The notes under the pieces are model-generated. The model searched no databases and had not been told where the DNA came from. It saw nothing but the letters and a program-made list of their open reading frames with translations. Of a stretch of DNA of 64,000 bases, positions 19,717 to 28,471 are shown piece by piece. Each line of letters starts with the position of its first letter. Within the stretch, counting starts at the first letter, position 1. Made by a program: the position numbers and the translations under genes. Origin of the DNA: Candidatus Thermosaccharophagus yellowstonensis. GTDB lineage: Bacteria > Armatimonadota > Fervidibacteria > Fervidibacterales > Thermosaccharophagaceae. Location of the stretch: the NCBI GenBank assembly GCA_041537945.1, contig JBGOEK010000005.1, forward strand, positions 6,445-70,444, given 5' to 3'.

Positions 19717-20064
19717 TTACAGCAACTTGATGAGGTTTAGCAGATCGACAATAGCTATGTTCTTCAACCGCCTCAACCTTTTCTCGTTAGCATGCCATAT
19801 GGCGTATGGGTGAGTGTGCCTCAGATAGCGTTCACAGGCTTCGCCTTCACACAATTCAATGAAGTCTTTCAAAGAGTGCAACGCAGGTGGTTTAAGCCCT
19901 TGAGTTTTTTCGAGTGCTTCAAGCACACCGCTTCTTAATGCCTCAAGCATGCAGTAGGCTCTGAGCGCAACGAGAGCATCGCTGAATTTGTGCGTTGCAA
20001 TCGCATGCTCAACACCTGGATCAAATGGATTGAAGACCATGTTGTTGTTTTTCGTCTCGCCCAT
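19717..20064 (-). CDS. Small helical hypothetical protein, likely co-transcribed with dinG
   Basis: 115-aa ORF. ATG follows GAGGTAAAGGG. Its stop is 13 nt from the dinG start. Confidence 0.45.
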   Translation of the reverse strand: MGETKNNNMVFNPFDPGVEHAIATHKFSDALVALRAYCMLEALRSGVLEALEKTQGLKPPALHSLKDFIELCEGEACERYLRHTHPYAIWHANEKRLRRLKNIAIVDLLNLIKLL

Positions 20065-20099
20065 GACCCTTTACCTCGCTATGTCACCTCGGTTTGATG

Positions 20100-21041
20100 T
20101 CACCCAGATATGATTTGGTCAGCGCCATCCGCTATAAGTTTTTCGGCGAGCTTCTCACCGAGCTCCCTCGCCGAGCGCAGTGACCCGCGCATGGTGCGTC
20201 TAAGAACGACTTTGCCATCCGTGCTCGCTACAACCGCCGTCATCTCAAGTTCATCGTCGTTGATGCATCTCGCACAAGCGCCAACTGGAACATGACAGCC
20301 AGCACCGAGTGCTGCTATAAGCGCCCTCTCAGCTTCAACTTCAGCTCTCGCTCTTTTGTCATCCAAAGGCTTGATCAGCTCGAGTGTGCGTTTGTCATCG
20401 GAACGAGCTTCAACTGCCAAAGCACCTTGCCCAGCAGCAGGCGTGCAAACATGGATTGGCAGAAGCGCTGTGATCCTATGATTAAGGTTCAGCCTTTCAA
20501 GCGCTGCAGCTGCTACGACAATCGCATCAAACTGTCCTTCGTCAAGCTTTCTCAACCTTGTATCCACATTGCCTCGCAAGTGCTTTATCACCAAATCTGG
20601 TCTCAGGTGAAGTAGCTGAGCCTTCCGACGCAGGCTTGAGGTGCCGACCACAGCTCCATTTGGAATGATGCTTAATGAAGCGTCCTCCCAAACATAGCCG
20701 TCTTCTCCTTCGCCGCGCAGCACCAATGCATCTCTTGGATCGAGGCGCATGCATACTGCTGCAATCGTCAGCCCATCAACTATAGAGGTGGGCATGTCCT
20801 TCATGCTATGCACGGCTATGTCAATCCTCCCATCCAGCAGTGCTGTCTCTATCTCTTTGACGAAGAATCCCTTACCCTTTAAGCGCTGCAATGGCAAGTC
20901 GCTCACTTTATCGCCAGTCGTTCGGATTACATGGATGCTAAACCTGATATGCGGGTAGATGTTGCGAAGCATTTCAACAACGCTCTCCGTTTGAACCAGT
21001 GCGAGCTTGCTACCGCGTGTGCCCACCTTAAGCTCATTCAT
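20100..21041 (-). CDS. hemC: Hydroxymethylbilane synthase (porphobilinogen deaminase)
   Basis: KVGTRGSKLALVQT, HSMKDMP, RGNVDTRLRKL, and the cofactor Cys in LGAGCHVPVG. Confidence 0.95.
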   Translation of the reverse strand: MNELKVGTRGSKLALVQTESVVEMLRNIYPHIRFSIHVIRTTGDKVSDLPLQRLKGKGFFVKEIETALLDGRIDIAVHSMKDMPTSIVDGLTIAAVCMRLDPRDALVLRGEGEDGYVWEDASLSIIPNGAVVGTSSLRRKAQLLHLRPDLVIKHLRGNVDTRLRKLDEGQFDAIVVAAAALERLNLNHRITALLPIHVCTPAAGQGALAVEARSDDKRTLELIKPLDDKRARAEVEAERALIAALGAGCHVPVGACARCINDDELEMTAVVASTDGKVVLRRTMRGSLRSARELGEKLAEKLIADGADQIISG

Positions 21042-21720
21042 CTTGGCTCACCAAATCATGTGCTACGCTATCCATGCCAGATGGGAGGCGCTTAAAGATT
21101 TCTTGGCGAAGCAAGTTTACAGCTCCGTCAAGGTCACCATTGCGCAACAGTTTGAGCAAACCTTTGTGCATAGCCTCCCTCACAACGGATGTTCTTGAAG
21201 AGGGCTCAGGTAAGAGCTTTTTGATTTCGTCCCGCATCTCAAACAAGAGTTGTGCGAGCAACCCATATTCCTCGCCTATGAGTTCGTTCAACTCGTCACG
21301 AAGTATGACGGACAGTGCTGGGCTCGCGGTCGATGTATCAACGCTAATCGTCACCATGCCCTTTTGAAGCACTGCTGGCATTATGAATGTGCATAGCTTT
21401 GGGTTGTCAGCCACATTGACGAGTATGCCGAGGGCTTGTGCATCCTTCGCTATCCTCGCATTGGCATCTGCATCATCGGTGCATGCGAAAACTAAATTTG
21501 CTCCAAGGAGATGTTCCATTTGATACTCGCTTTTGATCACCTCAACTTTCCCTTCGTTTGCGAGCTCCTCTATCTTCTCACATGGCTCCTTGCAAACGAT
21601 ACGCACCTTTACCCCCCTCTCAAGCAACTTCAGTGCCTTCCTCAAAGCCACATTACCACCACCAACTATGACTGCGTTCACGAAATCAGCATTAAGCACT
21701 ATCGGTAAGCTCTTGAACAT
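21034..21720 (-). CDS. Precorrin-2 dehydrogenase / sirohydrochlorin ferrochelatase (SirC/CysG-N/Met8-like)
   Basis: VIVGGGNVALRKALKLLERGVKVRIV Rossmann opening. Its 3' end overlaps the hemC start by 8 nt. The start is uncertain: ATG 21720 is preferred, while ORF-track TTG 21765 overlaps aroKB. Confidence 0.75.
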   Translation of the reverse strand: MFKSLPIVLNADFVNAVIVGGGNVALRKALKLLERGVKVRIVCKEPCEKIEELANEGKVEVIKSEYQMEHLLGANLVFACTDDADANARIAKDAQALGILVNVADNPKLCTFIMPAVLQKGMVTISVDTSTASPALSVILRDELNELIGEEYGLLAQLLFEMRDEIKKLLPEPSSRTSVVREAMHKGLLKLLRNGDLDGAVNLLRQEIFKRLPSGMDSVAHDLVSQDE

Positions 21721-21739
21721 GCCACCCACCGTGAACTCC

Positions 21740-23362
21740 TCAAAGGACGGCGTTGATGACCTCAATGAGGAGTTGTTCGTCTATTGGTTTGTCCGTTACG
21801 AACGCCTCGCCGATTCTTTTCGGCAGGATGAAACGCAATGTCTTACCTCTCCTCTTCTTATCGAGAGCCATAGCGTTGTAGACCTGCCATGCTGAGATTC
21901 CAGTCACGCCAACCTCCGTCAAAGATGTCGGCAGTCCATACCTGCGCAGAACTTCGGTTTGCCTTTCCACCGTTTCACTTGAGCATATCCCGAGCATGCA
22001 GGAAAGGTGTGCTCCAGCTACCATCCCGATGGCAACCGCTTCACCGTGCAAGACCTGCCTATACCCAGTAACGACTTCAATGGCGTGCCCGAAGGTGTGT
22101 CCGTAATTGAGCAGAGCCCTCTTATCGCTTCTCTCCTCCTCGTCAAGTTCAACGATGCGAGCCTTTATTTCGCAACAGCGCCTTATGATGTGCATGAGCG
22201 CCCCTTGGTCCCTCGAAAGCAAGGCATCCGAGTTGCGCTCAAGGAAATCAAACAACCCTTCGTCAGCGATAACGCCGTATTTGATAGCCTCCGCAAAACC
22301 TTCCCTGTAAGCTCTTTCTGGAAGCGTCTTCAGTGTTGATATGTCGGCGATAACGAGTCTCGGCTGATAGAAACAGCCTATTAGGTTCTTTGCCCTCGGG
22401 TGGTCAACGCCTACCTTGCCACCTATCGCTGCATCGATTTGCCCAAGCAAAGTTGTGGGCGCATTCACAAGTGCAATCCCTCGCATGTATGTTGCTGCTA
22501 CAAAGCCCCCAAGATCCGTCACGACGCCACCACCTAAGGCGATGAGCGTGCCATCCCTTGGCACATCAAACTCAACAAGCTTGTCGTAGAGGCGAAGCGC
22601 GTAATCGAGCGATTTGGTCATCTCGCCAGGTGGGACGGTTATAATGTGCAGGCTTTTATCATGCGCTTCAAAAGCCCTCGCATAGGATTGCGCATGTAAT
22701 GGAAAAACAATTTCATCCGTAAGCAGGACGAACGGCTCTTTCAAGCCCGCAGCGGTAAGCAACTTCGGTATGCTATCGTAAAGTTCGTTTCCAATGACGA
22801 TGTGGTAAGTGCGTTCGTTCAAGCACACTGGCACTGCGCATGCTCCTTGTGGGATGGCGGACGCCCACGCAGCAATCTGTGAAGCCACTTCATCTGGTGT
22901 CATCTTATCCGTGTGCACGATGATATCGGCGCGACGGTAAAACGGTTCTCTGCTCTCAAGTAGCTCAACGATGCGTGTGAAGCGATCACTCACATCAAGT
23001 AGTGGTCTGTCTGTGGCATCTTTGATCCGCTTCCAAACAGCTATTGGAGATGTTCTCAAATAGAACAACAACCCGTTTGACCTGAGTGCTTTCAAGTTCT
23101 CTTCAAATGTTGGCACACCGCCACCAGTGCTTATCACCAAACCCTCTTCCTTTGCCACCTCAGCAACTATGTTCATCTCCAGCTTCCTGAAATAACTCTC
23201 GCCGTGCTTGCGAAATATATCGCTTATGCTCATCTGAGTTTGCTGTTCAATCAAAGCGTCCGTGTCCACGAATTCCATCCCAAGCATCTGAGCGAGTTTC
23301 CTTCCGACCTCGGTTTTACCACTGCCCATGAAGCCGATAAGGACGATATTCCTTCGCCTCAT
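21740..23362 (-). CDS. aroB: Bifunctional shikimate kinase / 3-dehydroquinate synthase
   Basis: N-terminal AroK (NIVLIGFMGSGKTEVGRKLA...FVDTD) is fused to AroB (GGGVVTDLGGFVAATYMRGI, LNYGHTFGHAIE). ATG 23362 follows GGGAGG. Confidence 0.9.
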   Translation of the reverse strand: MRRRNIVLIGFMGSGKTEVGRKLAQMLGMEFVDTDALIEQQTQMSISDIFRKHGESYFRKLEMNIVAEVAKEEGLVISTGGGVPTFEENLKALRSNGLLFYLRTSPIAVWKRIKDATDRPLLDVSDRFTRIVELLESREPFYRRADIIVHTDKMTPDEVASQIAAWASAIPQGACAVPVCLNERTYHIVIGNELYDSIPKLLTAAGLKEPFVLLTDEIVFPLHAQSYARAFEAHDKSLHIITVPPGEMTKSLDYALRLYDKLVEFDVPRDGTLIALGGGVVTDLGGFVAATYMRGIALVNAPTTLLGQIDAAIGGKVGVDHPRAKNLIGCFYQPRLVIADISTLKTLPERAYREGFAEAIKYGVIADEGLFDFLERNSDALLSRDQGALMHIIRRCCEIKARIVELDEEERSDKRALLNYGHTFGHAIEVVTGYRQVLHGEAVAIGMVAGAHLSCMLGICSSETVERQTEVLRRYGLPTSLTEVGVTGISAWQVYNAMALDKKRRGKTLRFILPKRIGEAFVTDKPIDEQLLIEVINAVL

Positions 23363-23411
23363 TTGACCCGTGCCTCCCTGCTTCGGTGAGCAAATAAAGG
23401 AGCTACTGCCC

Positions 23412-26354
23412 TCATTCCCTCTCAACCTGTCCGAAGTAGCTAACTGGCGGGATCAATTCCTTCTCAAACGAGGGACCCTTCCACATCACCTTTATGGATG
23501 CGATCGGTGGTGGACCTTGATAAAACTCGAGCTTGAAGTCGTGCAAGCCCTTCTTAAGCTCCATCTTTTTGCTCGCTGCGGAGCGCTGAGGTCCTATTCG
23601 CCACTCATCAATCACGAGTTCACCATCAATCCATAAGCGTGCTGCGTCATCCAAGTCTTCGATGAAGAATTGGTATTCGCCGTCTTCTGGGACGAGCAAT
23701 TGTCCTTGCCATTTCACCCCCCAGTATTGGGAACTCATATCTGGGTGCGGGCGCGTGTTCCAGTCATGGTCTATCACAAGGTCAACACGGGAGAAAATGT
23801 AGCGTTGGAAGAACGGTCCAATAGGTGCTTCACCAATCTTATAACCCTGTGGTGGTTCTGGTTCATCATAGTAGTCACCCTTTACTCCCTCAGGGAAGAC
23901 AACGAGTTGCTTCGGGATACGGCGTGAGCTGAATGTCAACCTTATGGAAGCTCCAGGTCCAGGACCTTGATAATACTCAACAAGCACATCGTGGAAACCA
24001 GCTGTTAGAGCTATCGGTTGACTGGAGTGAGTTGTAGGCATCTGTATCTTCCAAGCATCCAAAACGAGCTTCCCATCAATGTATAGCCTTGCAGCGTCAT
24101 CAAGGTTTTCAAAATGAAAGACATACTCATCGGTGTGTGGGACGAACATCCTACCTTGCCACCTTACGCTCCAAAACTCGCTCCCCATATCTGGATGAGG
24201 TGACGCACCTATGTCCCATCTGAAGTCAATCATTTCATCTTTGCGCGTGAAGACAAGTTTTGAGAAAGCTGTCTTAGGTGGTGGATCACCAACTTTGTAT
24301 GTCTCCAAGTCCTCATCGTCGTAATACTCACCGACAACCCCATCTGGGAAGAAACCTCTTGGTGGACCGGGGAGCAAACTCTTCCGCATGACAACAGCTC
24401 CCCAGTATTCAAGCGGTGTATGAACCACTTCATGTGGTTGAGGTAGCTCATACTCAATCGTCAGTTTTGGGGCATTCACATTGATCGAGCTTCCAGAGAT
24501 GAATTCAACCGAGCCCTTACCAGATGTTATGGTTAGCAGGAAGCCATTGTTCTCAGCGCCACCTTCAACTATAGCTTTCACAGCTTCGGTTACATCAAAA
24601 TTCACCCACATGTCTGCCTCAGCTATTTTCGCCTCAGCTTCTTCCCCATGAGCTGAAGCGGTTTTAAAACTTAGGCGAGGTGAATTGTTACCATCACCTG
24701 GGAAATCTCCACCTGGTGTGTTCCAACTTTGTTCCCCGTTTGGTGAAAGCCAAGTTGCTTTACCATGCTCCCACCGCTTCAGCACCCTGAAAACTCCGAC
24801 GGTTATGTTGCCATCGCACCTTAATGCATAGAGCGAAAGGATTGCCCTTCGGACAACGCTCACAGATGGTAACGACGATAGATCAAACCGTAGCAACATC
24901 CTGCTTGCCACTTTGTCTTTCCTCAAGAGGGCGATCGTTTGAGCTGGGGGCATAACCTCCTTTGGCGCTATGTTCGTTATCAAAGCTTCCTCGTATCCAT
25001 CAAAGCCACCTTTGCCGACTTGAAGCGCAACTCTGCGTCTTATTCCGACGCCAGTGTTTGAGAACACTTTGAAATCATCGACAGCGCACTTTGTTCTGAA
25101 GACGAGGACTCCAGCTTGCCCACCTTTGAGGGGCGTTCTATCAAGATATTCAAACAGCCATTCTCTTGGCTCCTGTTCGTCGCTCCACACTTTCACCCGT
25201 ATCAGCAAGCCATCCGTATGAGTTTGCAGTCTCATTTGCATTGTGCACCATTTACCCTCTTCGACCCGCGTTGGTGCGCTCCCAATGTGAAATGTTTGTT
25301 CACCATCACGCTTATCAAGCATTACCACACCCCTTGCATGCCATAGCCTGTAAAAGTGCTCTCCAGACTCGTCCACTGTGTAATAGCTTATGACCCCACA
25401 ACCCCACACTGGGCGTGTCTTCTCAGGGTAAAACCTCGCTGTGACCGTATAGTCACGCCATTGCACTATGGCAAAAGCGTTCTCATCAAACGATAACGGT
25501 GTTTCATCTTCAACTTGCCTGCACACATTCATCCCTTCGTCCCTGTCTATAATCCAGCTACCACCGTAGAAGGTGAAAGAGGAAGGCGGTCTACCTTTAG
25601 GTTCGTTTTGGAAATCATCGCTGAATAGAATTTGAGGCGGTTGCTTCTCACCAGGGGTTGGGTTTACTGTGACGACGAGTTCGCCGAATACAGCATCGCA
25701 ACATGCAGTCCAAAATCCAGCCAACCCAGATTTGAAAGACGGATTGGTGTCCGAAGCCGAGAGCATCCAGTTTGCTGGCTCGCTCGCGTTAAGCGACCAT
25801 ATCTTTCCCCTTATCTCAACGCGCTCTTCAATGTTAGCAACCCTCAGCTTAACACGATACCACTTGCGAGGCTCAACTACGAATTCAGTTTGAGCGAGCA
25901 TGAAAGCCTTGCCATCAACCACTTTTACAACACACACCTTTATGCCATCCACATAGAAGCGATAATGGTTGTCCCTGTTACGCCAGTAGGCGACAATCCC
26001 AGCTCCCCATGTTGAGCTGGAGGTTATGATTTTGAAACGACTCGTTATAGAGTAGTCCTGCCATGTGGCGATAGCATAGGCAGCATATTCCATATCCATT
26101 TGCGTTTGCTGAAGCACCTTCGTCTCTCCCTTAGCGATCCCCCATTGACCTCGTATGAATTCCCAATTGTTCGGAACACCACCTTCGGGATGTTTTTCAA
26201 AATCATCCGCAAAGAGCACGGGGAGGAAAAAGGTGTCTCGCTCATTGATGGCGGTGCGAGCAGTGTGTGGGAAGGGCAAAAGGGCAACGAGTAGTGATAG
26301 CGCCAGAATACAAAAGTGTCGAGCAGATGACCTCTCGTGTGATTCTTTCCACAT
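23412..26354 (-). CDS. Secreted multidomain protein: 2 jelly-roll modules + DNRLRE-like domain + 2 PA14 domains
   Basis: ATG 26354 (GAGGTGA SD) gives a signal-like HFCILALSLLVALL. Two roughly 190-aa modules are paralogous to the upstream gene. MLLRFDLSSLPSVSVVRRAILSLY...WEHGKATW is DNRLRE-like. The C-terminus has two PA14 copies (GEYYDDEDL...FWSVRWQGRMFVPHTDEYVFHFENLDDAARLYIDGKLVLDAW and its repeat). Confidence 0.65.
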   Translation of the reverse strand: MWKESHERSSARHFCILALSLLVALLPFPHTARTAINERDTFFLPVLFADDFEKHPEGGVPNNWEFIRGQWGIAKGETKVLQQTQMDMEYAAYAIATWQDYSITSRFKIITSSSTWGAGIVAYWRNRDNHYRFYVDGIKVCVVKVVDGKAFMLAQTEFVVEPRKWYRVKLRVANIEERVEIRGKIWSLNASEPANWMLSASDTNPSFKSGLAGFWTACCDAVFGELVVTVNPTPGEKQPPQILFSDDFQNEPKGRPPSSFTFYGGSWIIDRDEGMNVCRQVEDETPLSFDENAFAIVQWRDYTVTARFYPEKTRPVWGCGVISYYTVDESGEHFYRLWHARGVVMLDKRDGEQTFHIGSAPTRVEEGKWCTMQMRLQTHTDGLLIRVKVWSDEQEPREWLFEYLDRTPLKGGQAGVLVFRTKCAVDDFKVFSNTGVGIRRRVALQVGKGGFDGYEEALITNIAPKEVMPPAQTIALLRKDKVASRMLLRFDLSSLPSVSVVRRAILSLYALRCDGNITVGVFRVLKRWEHGKATWLSPNGEQSWNTPGGDFPGDGNNSPRLSFKTASAHGEEAEAKIAEADMWVNFDVTEAVKAIVEGGAENNGFLLTITSGKGSVEFISGSSINVNAPKLTIEYELPQPHEVVHTPLEYWGAVVMRKSLLPGPPRGFFPDGVVGEYYDDEDLETYKVGDPPPKTAFSKLVFTRKDEMIDFRWDIGASPHPDMGSEFWSVRWQGRMFVPHTDEYVFHFENLDDAARLYIDGKLVLDAWKIQMPTTHSSQPIALTAGFHDVLVEYYQGPGPGASIRLTFSSRRIPKQLVVFPEGVKGDYYDEPEPPQGYKIGEAPIGPFFQRYIFSRVDLVIDHDWNTRPHPDMSSQYWGVKWQGQLLVPEDGEYQFFIEDLDDAARLWIDGELVIDEWRIGPQRSAASKKMELKKGLHDFKLEFYQGPPPIASIKVMWKGPSFEKELIPPVSYFGQVERE

Positions 26355-26364
26355 GCTTATTTGC

Positions 26365-27666
26365 TCACCTCTCAACATCAAACTCAACTTTGATTTCCTT
26401 AATCTCAACCGATGTTGCGAGCGTGACGAAACCGAAGGTGCCTGAAAAGATGCGTTGGGGAGCATCATCGTCGGTTTCAATCAACCACTCCCGTGGCTCG
26501 TCTTGCTCCGAGCGCCACACCTTAACCTGTAATTGCGTTGCTTTGCCAATGCTTTTCACCCTCGCTTTAAAGTAGTGCCATTTCCACCGCTCAATGGTGC
26601 ACTGCTTCTCCCCTATGAGCCTCGGTTTGAGCGCCTCTTGGCTGTATACCCACACCATAAGCCTGTTTGCACCAACACTTAAAATGTCATAATGCGAGTT
26701 TGCTCCCCTCCAGTGTAAAGTGAGCCCCACACCGTAAACTTCACCACCTGCAGTTGCTCTCATCTTCGCCGTGATAGTGTATGAGTGATGCCCGAGTATG
26801 AGCGCATAGCAATTGTGTTTGAAGGCGTATTCATCAAGCATGTTCAATTGCTGAAGTGTTTTAGAGTTACCCTCGCGTATACGCCAGAGACCGCCAACAA
26901 AAGTCCAAGTGGATGGCGTCTGCCCAGCTTCATAGCTCTCAAAACTATCGTGGAGGCTTACCGATTGCTTTCCGTCTCTCGTGTGAAGTAGCAATTCAAA
27001 ATCGTCGAATTCGTATACGCCTTTAGCGCACCAAAGACCTGCCCACCCATGTGTTGTCATAGGTGACAAATCCTCTCCCACAAGCATCCAGCCCGATGGC
27101 TCTCTTTCATCTTTGTCCCACACTTTCCCATAGAGCAGTATGCGCTTACCAACACTCATCACACTCAGCTTCATGCAATACCATTTTCCAACCTCGAGCG
27201 AGAAAGTGAGTTTGCTTAGAACTGCTATTTGTCCGTTGCTCACCTTGATCAAAAGCACACGATCGTTATAACTCATCAACCTGTAGTGGTTCTGCGCATC
27301 TTGCCAGTATGCTACCAACCCCACCCCAGAGGGCGTAGCTGTTTTGATGGGACGCACTTGCACGCTCACCGTGTAGTTTGCAGGGAGGTAGACCGCATAA
27401 GATAGACCTTGCAAGGTTGTTAAACTCTGCTGGAACACCTGTTCCGCTTCCGATATCGCTGTGCGCCATTCACCACCGATGACTTGCCAGCAATTCGGAA
27501 TCAACCCAACTGGCTCCTCATCAAACGATATGAATAGTGCTTCTTCGTTTCCACCAGCGAAGGATGAGCTTACGGTAGATGAGCAAATTAAAAATGCGCC
27601 GACAGTTGCGTGCGCCAAAGCGACAAGGAGGACGAATATTCGTTTTTTGAGAGCATGAAGGATCAT
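26365..27666 (-). CDS. Secreted protein of two tandem jelly-roll (LamG/DUF1080-like) modules
   Basis: ATG 27666 gives a signal-like KKRIFVLLVALAHATVGAFL. Two modules share G-V-G-L-x-x-x-W-x-x-x-x-(N/S)-H-Y and (G/V)KVW-x4,5-EP-x-x-W with the downstream gene. Its stop is 10 nt from the next start. Confidence 0.6.
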   Translation of the reverse strand: MILHALKKRIFVLLVALAHATVGAFLICSSTVSSSFAGGNEEALFISFDEEPVGLIPNCWQVIGGEWRTAISEAEQVFQQSLTTLQGLSYAVYLPANYTVSVQVRPIKTATPSGVGLVAYWQDAQNHYRLMSYNDRVLLIKVSNGQIAVLSKLTFSLEVGKWYCMKLSVMSVGKRILLYGKVWDKDEREPSGWMLVGEDLSPMTTHGWAGLWCAKGVYEFDDFELLLHTRDGKQSVSLHDSFESYEAGQTPSTWTFVGGLWRIREGNSKTLQQLNMLDEYAFKHNCYALILGHHSYTITAKMRATAGGEVYGVGLTLHWRGANSHYDILSVGANRLMVWVYSQEALKPRLIGEKQCTIERWKWHYFKARVKSIGKATQLQVKVWRSEQDEPREWLIETDDDAPQRIFSGTFGFVTLATSVEIKEIKVEFDVER

Positions 27667-27840
27667 CCCATAGCTCTCCCTATCGCGCCTGTTAAAGTTA
27701 ACGAGAAGGAATTGGTGGAGCAAGTCATCGGAACTCTTGAACCTGCCACATTTCAATTATGTTGTAGTCTCTCGCTTGGGTAACTGCTTGCGTGCTCACT
27801 TAGGAGCATTTTTGATTGAGGGCAAAGTCAAGCGATTGAT

Positions 27841-27876
27841 AAAAATGCGAGGGAGGTTTGTCCCTCCCTCGCATTT
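27841..27876 (-). terminator. Rho-independent terminator of hup (structurally bidirectional)
   Basis: Perfect 12-bp stem atgcgagggagg / cctccctcgcat with a 6-nt loop. It is flanked by AAAAA on the plus strand (TTTTT on the minus strand) and lies 23 nt past the hup stop. Confidence 0.85.
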
Positions 27877-27898
27877 AGGTGTGCACATTCATTTGAGG

Positions 27899-28177
27899 TT
27901 ACTTCTTGACGGCTTCCTTGAGCGCCTTAGCAGGTCTGAAGACAGGCACATTGCGGGCTGGCACTTCAATCACTTCGCCTGTGCGTGGGTTTCGCGCGGA
28001 GCGCTTCTTCGTCCTGCGCACTTTGAAAGAGCCAAACCCGCCGATGTTAACTACCGCCTTACGCTTGAGCGCATCCCTAATCACATCAAACACCGCATTA
28101 ACTACCTTCTCCGCCTCCTTCTTCGTTTTAAGCCCTGCCTTCTTCTTCACTTCATTAATGAGCTCAGCTTTCGTCAT
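27899..28177 (-). CDS. hup: DNA-binding protein HU
   Basis: 92 aa. MTKAELI..., GFGSFKVRRTKKRSARNPRTGEVIEVPARNVPVFRPAKALK shows the canonical HU arm. GGAGGTGA SD. Confidence 0.95.
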   Translation of the reverse strand: MTKAELINEVKKKAGLKTKKEAEKVVNAVFDVIRDALKRKAVVNIGGFGSFKVRRTKKRSARNPRTGEVIEVPARNVPVFRPAKALKEAVKK

Positions 28178-28296
28178 ACTCGCTCACCTCCATGCATTGT
28201 GGTTGTGTTTTCGTCTTGCGCCTTTCGCACATTTATGTTCGTGTTTCCTTCGATCACCTCCTCTTTGTCAACCTCTGCGCCACATCTTCAATTTAA

Positions 28297-28325
28297 ATTT
28301 TAGCGAAATTTTTGCGATTGTGCAA
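28297..28325 (-). promoter_or_regulatory. Candidate sigma-A promoter of hup (TTGCAC-17-TAAAAT)
   Basis: Minus strand reads TTGCAC aatcgcaaaaatttcgc TAAAAT, implying a 5' leader of about 110 nt. Sequence match only. Confidence 0.45.
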
Positions 28326-28471
28326 GCCTCTGTAAAGGGTTGCTGAGGCAATACTTCATAATGGCATTGCATTAAGCAAGTCAAAGCTTTGCTTCCTAAA
28401 ACCACTCTCAATGCTACCGATGTGCCTTTGCAAGATGAGCAGTCGTAATACTATTTAGGGAGGGACAAGAG

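Noticed and set aside
19717-20064. Calling the 115-aa protein a HEPN toxin
   Set aside because: Only a loose R-x-H spacing (RYLRHTH) supports it. There is no adjacent nucleotidyltransferase antitoxin, so it stays hypothetical.
28178-28296. 22-codon upstream ORF (MCERRKTKTQPQCMEVSEYDES) in the hup leader
   Set aside because: Its ATG lies 21 nt from the nearest SD-like sequence, so the spacing is wrong and nothing else supports it. It was treated as non-coding leader.
27737-28346. ORFs of 188 aa and 146 aa overlapping hup on the opposite strand
   Set aside because: They are antisense to a canonical HU gene, span its terminator and promoter, and have low-complexity translations.
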